Assembly (NCBI GenBank): GCA_005883995.1
Contig: VAXB01000015.1
Coordinates: forward strand, 69 to 64,068
Reading direction: 5' to 3'
Source: Actinomycetota bacterium
GTDB taxonomy: Bacteria; Actinomycetota; Thermoleophilia; Gaiellales; Gaiellaceae
Length of the DNA stretch: 64,000 nt
The notes under the pieces were generated by a model, which searched no databases, was not told the origin of the DNA, and saw only the letters and a list, made by a program, of their open reading frames with translations. A program made the position numbers and the translations under genes. Positions 55,940 to 64,000 of the stretch are shown in pieces (positions within the stretch are counted from its first letter, which is position 1; every line of letters begins with the position of its first letter).

Positions 55940-57686
55940 GTGGCGTCGAAGCCCGTCGAGCAGCTCGAATCGGTCGTGATCCGGTTCGCAGGCGACTCCG
56001 GCGACGGGATGCAGCTCACAGGCGGCCAGTTCACGTCCGAGACGGCGGTGATGGGCAACGACCTCGCGACCTTGCCCGACTTCCCCGCCGAGATCCGCGC
56101 GCCCGCGGGATCGCTCCCTGGCGTCTCCGGCTTCCAGCTCCACTTCGCGGACCACGACATCTTGACGCCGGGCGACGCGCCCAACGTCCTCGTCGCGATG
56201 AATCGGCTATGCCGGAAACCCGCTTGAGGACGGGTCGCTCGACGCGTACGAGCTCCATTCGATCCCGCTCAGCACGATGACGATAGAGGCGCTGAAGGAG
56301 ATCGACGGGATCACGAAACGCGAGGCCGAGCGCGCGAAGAACATGTTCGCGCTCGGGCTGATGTCGTGGCTCTTCGGGCGGCCGACGGAGGGGACGATCG
56401 CGTTCCTGCGCTCGAAGTTCGCCAAGCGCCCCGAGATCGCGGAGGCGAACGTCAAGGCGTTCAACACGGGTTATGCATTCGGCGAGACGACGGAGTCGTT
56501 CTCGGTGCAGTACGAGGTCAAGCCCGCTGCGCTGCGTCCCGGCGTCTATCGCAACATCACCGGCAACACGGCGCTCGCATACGGGTTGATCGCCGCATCG
56601 GTGAAATCGGGCCTGCCGCTCTTCCTCGGTGCGTACCCGATCACGCCCGCGTCGTCGATCCTCGAGGAGCTCGCGCGCCACAAGAGCTTCGGCGTGCGCA
56701 CGTTCCAGGCCGAGGACGAGATCGCCGCCGTCGGTGCCGCGCTCGGTGCGTCGTTCGGCGGCTCGCTCGGCGTCACGACGTCATCGGGGCCGGGAATCGT
56801 GTTGAAGCAGGAGACGATCGGGCTCGCGGTGACCCTCGAGCTCCCGCTCGTGATCGTCGACATCCAGCGCGCCGGGCCGTCCACCGGAATGCCGACGAAG
56901 CCTGAGCAGGCTGACCTGCTGAACGTGCTCTACGGGCGCAATTCCGAATCGCCGATTCCGGTGATCGCGGCATCGACGCCGTCCGACTGCTTCGAGGCGG
57001 CGATCGAGGCCGCGCGGATCGCGATCAAATACCGGACGCCGGTGTTCCTGCTCTCGGACGCCTACCTCGCGAACGGCTCCGAGCCGTGGCTGCTGCCGGA
57101 CTCGGATGCGATCCCGCCGATCGAGCCGAACTTCACGCGCGGGAACGGTGGCGATTTCGAGCCGTACCTACGCGACGAGGCGACGCTCGCGCGGCCGTGG
57201 GCGATCCCCGGAACGGTGGGCCTCGAGCACCGCGTCGGCGGGCTGGAGAAGGAGGACGTCACCGGCAACGTGTCGTACGACCCCGACAACCACGACCGGA
57301 TGGTGCGGCTCCGAGCGCAGAAGGTCGCGGGGATCGCGCAGGACATCCCCGAGCTTGCGGTCGACGACCCCGACGCAGCCGACACGCTCGTGGTCTCGTG
57401 GGGCGGGACGTATCCCGCGGTCGCTGCCGGCGTGCGGCGCGTGCGGGCGAAGCGGAAGAAGGTCGCACACGCGCACCTCCGGCACCTGAATCCGTTCCCG
57501 CGCAACACGGGCGAGGTCATGCGCGGCTACGAAAAAATCCTCGTGCCGGAGATCAACCTCGGCCAGCTGGTGAAGCTTCTTCGAGCGGAGTTCCTCGTCG
57601 ATGCGACAGGATTCAATCTCGTGCGAGGTATTCCGTTTCGTGCAAGCGAGGTCGAGCAGGCGATCGACGCGATGGTCGACGCGTGA
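55940..57686 (+). pseudogene. korA: 2-oxoacid:ferredoxin oxidoreductase alpha subunit (KorA), frame interrupted near 56200
   Basis: The N-part [26 protein letters not shown] is in ORF 55940..56227, which stops 8 codons later. The rest ([32 protein letters not shown]..) is in the frame of ORF 56277..57686. Confidence 0.8.
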
Positions 57687-57859
57687 CCGGCATGCGCCTC
57701 GGAGTCGCGAGCTTCGTGCTCCTGCTCGTCTCCGGGATGCTGCTCTTCTGGAGCGTCTGGGCCGGCGTCGCCGCGTTCGTCGCGTCCGCCCTCGTGCAAC
57801 TCGTCGCGCGGAAGCGCTTGACGCGGCACGCGGTGCCCGTTCGTCGAACGCTCCCGTGA
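57683..57859 (+). CDS. Small membrane protein (about 55-58 aa)
   Basis: MRLGVASFVLLLVSGMLLFWSVWAGVAAFVASALVQLV gives two predicted TM segments. GTG 57683 overlaps the korA stop, or ATG 57692. Confidence 0.45.
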   Translation: MTGMRLGVASFVLLLVSGMLLFWSVWAGVAAFVASALVQLVARKRLTRHAVPVRRTLP

Positions 57860-58473
57860 CGCCCGCGGACCCGCTCCGCCCGCTGTGGGACTTCGACGAC
57901 CTCGACGCGACCGAGCGGCGTTTTCGCGAGCGGCTCGAGCGTGAGGAATCGGAGCCTGCGCGCGCCGAGCTGCTGACGCAGCTCGCGCGTGTCCACGGCC
58001 TCCGGGACGATTTCGCGACGGCAGAGCGCGTGCTCGACGAGGCAGAGCCGTTGGCCGGAGGCGACGCGCGCGCGAACGTCCGGCTCGAGCTCGAGCGCGG
58101 ACGGGTGTTCCGCTCGAGCGGGGATCCGGAAGCCGCGTTCCCGCTCTTCATCTCGGCGTACGAGCGCGCGCTCGAGGCGGGCGAGCTCTATCTCGCCGGT
58201 GACGCTGCACACATGTGCGCGATCTCGGTCGACGACCGCAAGCTTCAGGAGGAGTGGACGCAGCGCGGGCTCGACCACGGCGCGCCGCACTGGGCAGGGC
58301 CGCTCTACAACAACCTCGGCTCGGCGTACTACGACGACGGCGACTACGAGCGCGCGCTCCAGCTGTACGAGCTCGCACTCGAGGCGCGTCTGCGCGATCC
58401 CGACAACGCGCAGGCGATCGAGTGGGCGCACGAGGCGATCGCCGACGCGAAGCAGGCGCTCGCGCGCGCTTGA
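57856..58473 (+). CDS. TPR-like repeat protein
   Basis: GTG 57856 overlaps the upstream stop. TPR-like segment YNNLGSAYYDDGDYERALQLYELAL. Confidence 0.6.
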   Translation: MTPADPLRPLWDFDDLDATERRFRERLEREESEPARAELLTQLARVHGLRDDFATAERVLDEAEPLAGGDARANVRLELERGRVFRSSGDPEAAFPLFISAYERALEAGELYLAGDAAHMCAISVDDRKLQEEWTQRGLDHGAPHWAGPLYNNLGSAYYDDGDYERALQLYELALEARLRDPDNAQAIEWAHEAIADAKQALARA

Positions 58474-59002
58474 TGCTGCTGTACAACAGCCCGGTCTCGG
58501 GCAACTGCTACAAGGTGCGGCTGCTGCTCGCGCACCTCGGGATTCCGTACGAGACGCGTGACCTCGACGTCGTCGACCGGTCGAACCGCCCTGATGTCCT
58601 CGGCGACCTCAATCCGTCGTTGCGCGTGCCGACGCTGGTGCTGGACGACGGTCGTCCGCTCGCCGAGTCCAACGCGATCCTCTGCTACCTGGGCGAGGGG
58701 ACGCGCTTCGTTCCCGACGATCGGTACACGCGCGCTCAGGTGCTGCAGTGGATGTTCTACGAGCAGTATGAGCTCGAGCCCTCGCTCGCGGTCGTTCGTT
58801 TCTGGATCGCGTACTCCGGCCGGACTACGTCGTCGGAGATCGGCTCACGCTCGCGGACATCTCGCTGTATGCGTACGGCCACGTCGCGCCGAAAGGCGGG
58901 TTCGACCTCGAGCCTTTCGCCGCGCTGCGCCGCTGGCTCGACCGCGTGGCGGCGGAGCCCGGTCACATTCCGATCGACGCGGGCGAGGCCTCGGACTCGT
59001 GA
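58473..59002 (+). pseudogene. Glutathione S-transferase, frame interrupted near 58820
   Basis: The N-terminal thioredoxin-like domain (MLLYNSPVSGNCYKVRLLL..VPTLVLDDGRPLAESNAI) is in frame 0 up to ..FWIAYSG. The C-terminal helices (DYVVGDRLTLADISLYAYGH..) are in another frame ending at TGA 59002. Confidence 0.7.
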
Positions 59003-59016
59003 GCTAGCCTGAGGGA

Positions 59017-60027
59017 GTGGCCGAGGGCAACGGGAACGTCGGCTCGCCGCTGAAGGCGAAGGACTTCAAGACCGACCAGGAGGTCCGGTGGTGTCCCGGC
59101 TGCGGCGACTACGCGATCCTGGCCGCGCTCCAGTCGTTCATGCCGGAGCTCGGCGTGCCGAAGGAGAAGATCGTCTTCATCAGCGGGATCGGCTGCGCCG
59201 CGCGATTCCCCTACTACATGGAGACGTACGGGATCCACTCGATCCACGGGCGCGCACCGGCGATCGCGACCGGTCTCTCGACGTCGCGCCCCGACCTCTC
59301 GGTGTGGGTTGTCACCGGGGACGGCGACGCGCTCTCGATCGGGGGCAACCACCTGATCCATGCGCTTCGCCGGAACGTGAACCTGAAGATCCTGCTCTTC
59401 AACAACCAGATCTACGGGCTGACCAAGGGTCAGTACTCGCCGACAAGCCCGCTCGGGAAGCGGACGAAGTCGACGCCGATGGGATCGCTCGACTGGCCGT
59501 TCAACCCGTTGTCGCTTGCGATCGGGGCCGAGGCTTCGTTCGTTGCGCGCTCGATCGACACCGACCGTGCGCACCTGACCGAGGTCCTCCGTGCCGCTGC
59601 GAACCACCGGGGCAGCGCGTTCGTCGAGATCTTCCAGAACTGCAACATCTACAACGACGGCGCATTCGATTTCGTGCGCGACGACAAGACGAACCGGATC
59701 TACCTCGAGCACGGGAAGCCGATCCGGTTCGGCGAGGACGGCGAGAAGGGCGTTCGCCAGCATGCCGATGGGTCGGTCGAGGTCGTGGAGGTGACCGACG
59801 AGAGCGAGCTGGTGGTGCATGACGCCGGTCACGCGGAGCCGAGTCTCGCGTTCGCGCTCAGCCGGCTGACGCGCGACACGAGCGGTGCGACGCCGATCGG
59901 CGTCTTCCGCGACGTGCGGCGCGGCGTCTACGACGAGCTGATGGGCGAGCAGATCGAGCTCGCGCAGCAGAAGCAGCCCGGCGAGCTCGCGGCGCTGCTG
60001 CACGGCGGCGGCACCTGGACGATCTGA
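59017..60027 (+). CDS. korB: 2-oxoacid:ferredoxin oxidoreductase beta subunit (KorB)
   Basis: WCPGCGDY, the TPP-binding GDGD..GGNH motif, and NNQIYGLTKGQ. Confidence 0.92.
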   Translation: MAEGNGNVGSPLKAKDFKTDQEVRWCPGCGDYAILAALQSFMPELGVPKEKIVFISGIGCAARFPYYMETYGIHSIHGRAPAIATGLSTSRPDLSVWVVTGDGDALSIGGNHLIHALRRNVNLKILLFNNQIYGLTKGQYSPTSPLGKRTKSTPMGSLDWPFNPLSLAIGAEASFVARSIDTDRAHLTEVLRAAANHRGSAFVEIFQNCNIYNDGAFDFVRDDKTNRIYLEHGKPIRFGEDGEKGVRQHADGSVEVVEVTDESELVVHDAGHAEPSLAFALSRLTRDTSGATPIGVFRDVRRGVYDELMGEQIELAQQKQPGELAALLHGGGTWTI

Positions 60028-60030
60028 CGG

Positions 60031-60969
60031 TCACCGACTAGCGCGCGCCGCGAAGCGGTCGATCGCATGCGCGACCGCGTTCGGGCGAGCGAGCATCGAG
60101 AGATGGCCTGCACCGGGGACGAGCGTGAACGGCGCCGCGAGTGCGCGTGCCGAGCTCCGGCCTGCTGAAACGGAGTCGACGGTGTCGCCGCCGCCCCAGA
60201 CGACGGACGTAGGCGCGCGCACCTGCCGGAGGTCGGCGAGCTGGAATCCCTGGATCCCGTAGCGCAGCATCGAGCGAAACGCCGCCGCGGTACCACGAAC
60301 CTTGAACGGACGTTCCCACTCCTCGAGCGCCTCGCCGTCGAGCCGCGGGTGCGTAGGCCCGTACGCATCCTTGAGCGCACGGCGCACGATCCAGTCCGAG
60401 CTCGTCGCGAGCCGGAACACCGACGTGTACCACGGGCTGACGAAGAAGTCGCTCGCCCACGCAGGCGTCCCCCCTCCGGCGAGGGCGTCGCCGTCCAGCA
60501 GGACGATGCCCCTCGTCTCCTTCTGGTGGTCGAGCGCCATCCCGACGGCGACCGCGGCGCCGAGGGAGTGGCCGACCACGATCGGCCGGCGGAGCCCGAA
60601 ATGCGCGTCGAAGTGTGAGACGAGGTCGATCCAGCTGCGCAGGGTGTACGGGCCCTTCCGCTCGCTGTAGCCGAACGGGGGAAGGTCCAGTGCGTACACG
60701 CGATGCGTGCGGCCGAGCGCGGGACCGACCTTTCTCCAGACCGAGCTCGGGACGACGAACCCGCCGACGAGCACGATCGGAGTTCCGGAACGGCCCCACG
60801 TCCGGTATGCGATCCGCCGGCCGTCAACGGGCGCGAACGGGCCGCGATAGAGCGCGGACGCCGGCTTGATCTCACCGTTCGTCGCGGCGTTGTACGCAAC
60901 GGAGGCGACGGTCAGCGCGACGATCAGCGCGAGCACGCCGATTCCGATCCGCTTGCCCCAGCGCTTCAC
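60031..60969 (-). CDS. Alpha/beta-fold hydrolase with N-terminal membrane anchor
   Basis: GTG 60969. GHSLGA nucleophile elbow and C-terminal GAGH. TM helix IGIGVLALIVALTVASV. Confidence 0.8.
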   Translation of the reverse strand: MKRWGKRIGIGVLALIVALTVASVAYNAATNGEIKPASALYRGPFAPVDGRRIAYRTWGRSGTPIVLVGGFVVPSSVWRKVGPALGRTHRVYALDLPPFGYSERKGPYTLRSWIDLVSHFDAHFGLRRPIVVGHSLGAAVAVGMALDHQKETRGIVLLDGDALAGGGTPAWASDFFVSPWYTSVFRLATSSDWIVRRALKDAYGPTHPRLDGEALEEWERPFKVRGTAAAFRSMLRYGIQGFQLADLRQVRAPTSVVWGGGDTVDSVSAGRSSARALAAPFTLVPGAGHLSMLARPNAVAHAIDRFAARASR

Positions 60970-60991
60970 GCCGCCGACGGTACCGGCGGTG

Positions 60992-61351
60992 CTACTTCTG
61001 CAGGAATGCCGCGAATGCGCCGGCGCACGCGGTGACGACCGTGATCGCCCAGAGCTCGAGCACAAGGTCGACGATGCGCCCGCCCGTCGTCAAGGGGTTC
61101 TTCACCGACGACGAAACGGTGACGAGCTGTGTCGACGCCCAGAAGAATGCCTGGAAGACCGAGTGGACGTTGGTCTGCTTCTTCGCGTGCTCGAACACGT
61201 AGATCAACGTCGTCCCGACCGCGTCGACGGTCAGCGTCGCCAGGAGCGCAGTCAACAGGCGATCGCGTAGCCGCGAGTGCTCGTCCGTCGCACCGCGGAC
61301 GACGTCGCGCACGCCGCGCGCGAGGTCACCGAACAGCCGACCGACGTACAC
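60992..61351 (-). CDS. Two-TM ion-channel-like membrane protein (K+-channel pore-domain-like, non-canonical filter)
   Basis: TM - pore-helix-like FFWASTQLVTV - TTGG - TM layout. No TVGYG signature. The GTG 61351 start is uncertain. Confidence 0.45.
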   Translation of the reverse strand: MYVGRLFGDLARGVRDVVRGATDEHSRLRDRLLTALLATLTVDAVGTTLIYVFEHAKKQTNVHSVFQAFFWASTQLVTVSSSVKNPLTTGGRIVDLVLELWAITVVTACAGAFAAFLQK

Positions 61352-61429
61352 GCGGATGACTATCGCTGCCTCCCCGGACGGCCGAAGCCTGCCGAGGCGT
61401 AGAGTCGTGCAAACGACTGGGGAGGAACC

Positions 61430-61720
61430 ATGCACGCACGCATCGCGACGTTCGAAGGCGACCCCGCGAAGGTCGACGAGATGATCAGCCGCGTCCGCGG
61501 GGACGTCGAGTCGGATCAGCCGCCGGAAGGGCTCGAGAACGTCCGCCGGATGATGATGCTCGTCAACCGCGAGAACGGTAAAGGGATGGGGCTCACGTTC
61601 TTCGATTCCGAGGAGGACATGCGCAGCGGCGACGAGGCGCTGAACAACATGAACCCGGGCGGTGCGGGACGACGCACCGCGGTCGACTTCTACGAGGTAG
61701 CGATCGAGCGCGCCCGCTAG
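61430..61720 (+). CDS. Small hypothetical protein (possibly dimeric alpha/beta-barrel fold)
   Basis: GGGGAGG SD 5 nt upstream of the ATG. 96 aa. No confident family. Confidence 0.5.
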   Translation: MHARIATFEGDPAKVDEMISRVRGDVESDQPPEGLENVRRMMMLVNRENGKGMGLTFFDSEEDMRSGDEALNNMNPGGAGRRTAVDFYEVAIERAR

Positions 61721-62550
61721 CGCCGCGACCCGCGCGTCGCGAGGTAGCGCGACTTCGCCGCTTCGAAAAACCCAGGATCCCGAGCGTCCTGCTCGACGAG
61801 CCAGTCGACGAATGCGTCGCTGTACTGCGGCGACCCGAACTTGGGGACGTGGACGAACTCCGGCCGGGACGCTTCGGTGATGTCATAGACGCGGCGGACG
61901 CTCAGCACGTCGAAGGCGTTGACGCTTCGCGTCCCGTCGAGGCGTCTGTTCGCCTCGGCGATCGCCTCCTTCTGCCGGTACGGGTGTGACTGGTCGGGAT
62001 CGACCTGCCCGTACAGCGGCGCATGCGGGTCGGTCGTCAGCCGGATCAGCGTCGGCCGCCCCTCCTCGTCACGGTCTGCCGTCTCGACGATCGCGACCTC
62101 CGCGCGATCGGGCGCGTGCATCACCTGGCGGATGTTCGCGATCCATTGCCGTCGCGTCGCATTCAGCTGGCGGAGAATGAAATCGCGGACGTCGTTCCCG
62201 TGCGCGCGGCTGCTGCGACCGCCGCGGCGGAAGTAGAGCTCCCCGTCGTCGACGAAGACGAGCGGCATGCCGACCGCTGCCTCGACCACGAGTGCCGTGG
62301 CCGGCGTGCCGGCGCGCACGACCGGATGCGCTTCAAACCCGTCGAACTCCGGCTCGACGCGCCGTTCGAGCTCCTCGTGCAGCCGTTCTTCCTCGACGAC
62401 GCCCGCGACGACGACAACGCCGCCGCCGGAATTCGCCATCGCGGAGATGTCGCGCGCGATCTCCGTCGCATCGGCGCTCGCGTGCAGCTGCACCCGCTTC
62501 GAGCTACGGGTCGCCTCGGCGGCGCGCTTCAACAGCCGCTCGCTCGTCAT
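61717..62550 (-). CDS. AlbA_2 / Schlafen-like putative DNA-binding (divergent ATPase) domain protein
   Basis: The N-terminal SSKRVQLHASADATEIARDISAMANSGGGVVVVAG resembles the AlbA_2 core (..AfaNt.GG.l..G). The rest is unrecognised. Confidence 0.45.
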   Translation of the reverse strand: MTSERLLKRAAEATRSSKRVQLHASADATEIARDISAMANSGGGVVVVAGVVEEERLHEELERRVEPEFDGFEAHPVVRAGTPATALVVEAAVGMPLVFVDDGELYFRRGGRSSRAHGNDVRDFILRQLNATRRQWIANIRQVMHAPDRAEVAIVETADRDEEGRPTLIRLTTDPHAPLYGQVDPDQSHPYRQKEAIAEANRRLDGTRSVNAFDVLSVRRVYDITEASRPEFVHVPKFGSPQYSDAFVDWLVEQDARDPGFFEAAKSRYLATRGSRR

Positions 62551-62560
62551 CGTCGCTGCG

Positions 62561-63346
62561 CTAAGCGGTGACCTCGACCGCCGGGGCTTCGGGCGCCGCG
62601 TACAGGAGATACCGCTCGACGTCGCGGAAGCCGAGGCGGCGGTAGACGGGATACCCGAGGTTGCTCGCCTGGAGATAGGCGAGGCGCGCGCCTGCCGCGA
62701 AGCCGTCGCGCGCAGCCTGCGCGGTGACCGCCGCGCCGTACCCGCGACCGCGATGCGCGTCGGGCGTCGCGATGTTGAAGACGCCGACCGCGTCTCCGAG
62801 CGTCAAGCCGATCCCGGTCGTGACGTCGATCTCGCCGACGCGTCCGATGTAGACCGCGAACCCCTCGACAGCCGCAAGCTCGGACGTGTAGAGGGGAGCG
62901 AAGATCTCCGGCGGCGCGTTGAAGGCGTCGGCTGCGAGCGCGAGCGCCTGCGCGAGCCCGTCAGCGGTCCGCACCCGGATCAGCTGGAGATCGGGAGTGT
63001 CGGCGTCGCCGAGCGCGTCCGGCTTGACGACCATCCCCGGCAGCTCCGACTCGACGAGCAGACCTAGCCGCTCCACCTCGCGCTCGCAGCGGGGCGTCCT
63101 GCCTGACCGCAGCTGGACGGAGTAGGGGAGGCCGAGCTCCGCGACCTCGTGGAGCGCACCTTCGACCGCCGGTGCGGCTGCGTCGTCGAGCGGCCATACG
63201 CCGTTGAACAGCGGCACCGGAACCGACGGGCAAACGGTCCAGACGTACCCCTCCCGCCGCTCGAACCGCGCGTCCTCGATCGCGTCGCACAGCCTCTCCC
63301 ACGCCGCGCAGAGGGCGTCGTGGAGCCGGTCGCCGTCCGTGATCAT
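62561..63346 (-). CDS. GNAT-family N-acetyltransferase
   Basis: The C-terminal VFNIATPDAHRGRGYGAAVT acetyl-CoA-binding motif (R/Q-x-x-G-x-G/A). Confidence 0.75.
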   Translation of the reverse strand: MITDGDRLHDALCAAWERLCDAIEDARFERREGYVWTVCPSVPVPLFNGVWPLDDAAAPAVEGALHEVAELGLPYSVQLRSGRTPRCEREVERLGLLVESELPGMVVKPDALGDADTPDLQLIRVRTADGLAQALALAADAFNAPPEIFAPLYTSELAAVEGFAVYIGRVGEIDVTTGIGLTLGDAVGVFNIATPDAHRGRGYGAAVTAQAARDGFAAGARLAYLQASNLGYPVYRRLGFRDVERYLLYAAPEAPAVEVTA

Positions 63347-63526
63347 GTGCGGAGGCTAGTGGAGCGTGCGCGTGCCCGTGACCGGCCGCACACGTCGGCC
63401 GTTCCACCCTCGGTGGACGAACGGCAGCGACGATTCGCGCGGAACGAGGCGCTGTCCCGTGAGGTCAACGAGGCGGTACGCGGAGCGGGTCGATCCGCGT
63501 ACGCGCTAACGCGCCCACGCAAGCTC

Positions 63527-64000
63527 CTAGTCGCTTAGCTGCGGCTCGATTACGAGCCGTGCACGCCGGAAGCGGGGCGGGGTCACGAACACGGCGACGC
63601 CCGCGCCAATCAGCGCCGCCACGGCGCTCGCGGCAAACGCGATCTCGAACCCCTTGACGCTCGGAAGGCCGGTGCCGGCGACGGTGTACGCGCTAAGGAG
63701 GGCGGCGCCAACCTGCCCGCCGATCACGCCGCCGACGGTCCGCATCACGGTGTTCATCCCCGTCGCCACGCCCGTCTCGGTCGGCCGCACCGCTTCGGTG
63801 ATCAGGGTCGCCATCGACGCGAACGCGAAGCCGACTCCGACCCCGAGCAGCGGCATCGCCGCGAGCACCTGCCAGGGGCGGTCGTTCCAGAAGGCGAGCA
63901 TTCCCGCTGCCACTGCGACGACCGCGAGGCCGATCGCGAGCGGCCACTTCGAGCCGATGCGGCGTCCGATCAACCCGGCCACCGGCCCCGCGAACAGGAG
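63527..64000 (-). CDS. MFS transporter, C-terminal part (5' end beyond window)
   Basis: Hydrophobic TM-rich sequence. The frame is open to nt 64000. Stop at 63527. Confidence 0.7.
   Translation of the reverse strand, partial: LLFAGPVAGLIGRRIGSKWPLAIGLAVVAVAAGMLAFWNDRPWQVLAAMPLLGVGVGFAFASMATLITEAVRPTETGVATGMNTVMRTVGGVIGGQVGAALLSAYTVAGTGLPSVKGFEIAFAASAVAALIGAGVAVFVTPPRFRRARLVIEPQLSD

Overview
This is a 64-kb, roughly 70% GC chromosomal segment with an Actinomycetota-like gene set (PAC2, DipZ, CtaA, KorAB, an RsrA-like ZAS anti-sigma factor, ClpS, many 4-nt start/stop overlaps). I support about 70 protein-coding genes, mostly housekeeping or metabolic. They include acs plus an acetate channel, nadE, selD, proC, pgl, a fadA/fadB-like pair, a xanthine-dehydrogenase-family cluster, korA/korB, peptidases, transporters and regulators. 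I found no rRNA, tRNA, CRISPR array, transposase or integrase. Four things stand out. (1) An HTH-XRE + TPR regulator is followed at once by a 35-codon signal-peptide-like ORF with a strong Shine-Dalgarno site, then a thioredoxin-like lipoprotein. This is a candidate RNPP-type peptide-signalling cassette. (2) A family of ~115-130 bp composite palindromic intergenic repeats looks like back-to-back intrinsic terminators. It occurs at several loci, including a 3-unit tandem array and a perfect 64-bp tandem duplication that copies the 3' end of nadE. (3) At least four genes (xdh large subunit, OsmC-like, korA, GST) change reading frame with apparent loss of ~20-35 codons. A cation antiporter is also frameshifted and an M16 peptidase lacks its expected stop. 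This is either gene decay or collapsed assembly. (4) A selD - nucleotidyltransferase - alkaline-phosphatase-superfamily mutase operon sits behind a leader that contains a terminator. Functions come from motif recognition only, with no searches run. Hand-derived coordinates may be off by a few nt. At one spot (~51600) my reading of the printed sequence disagreed by 1 nt with the ORF track, so I anchored coordinates to the track.
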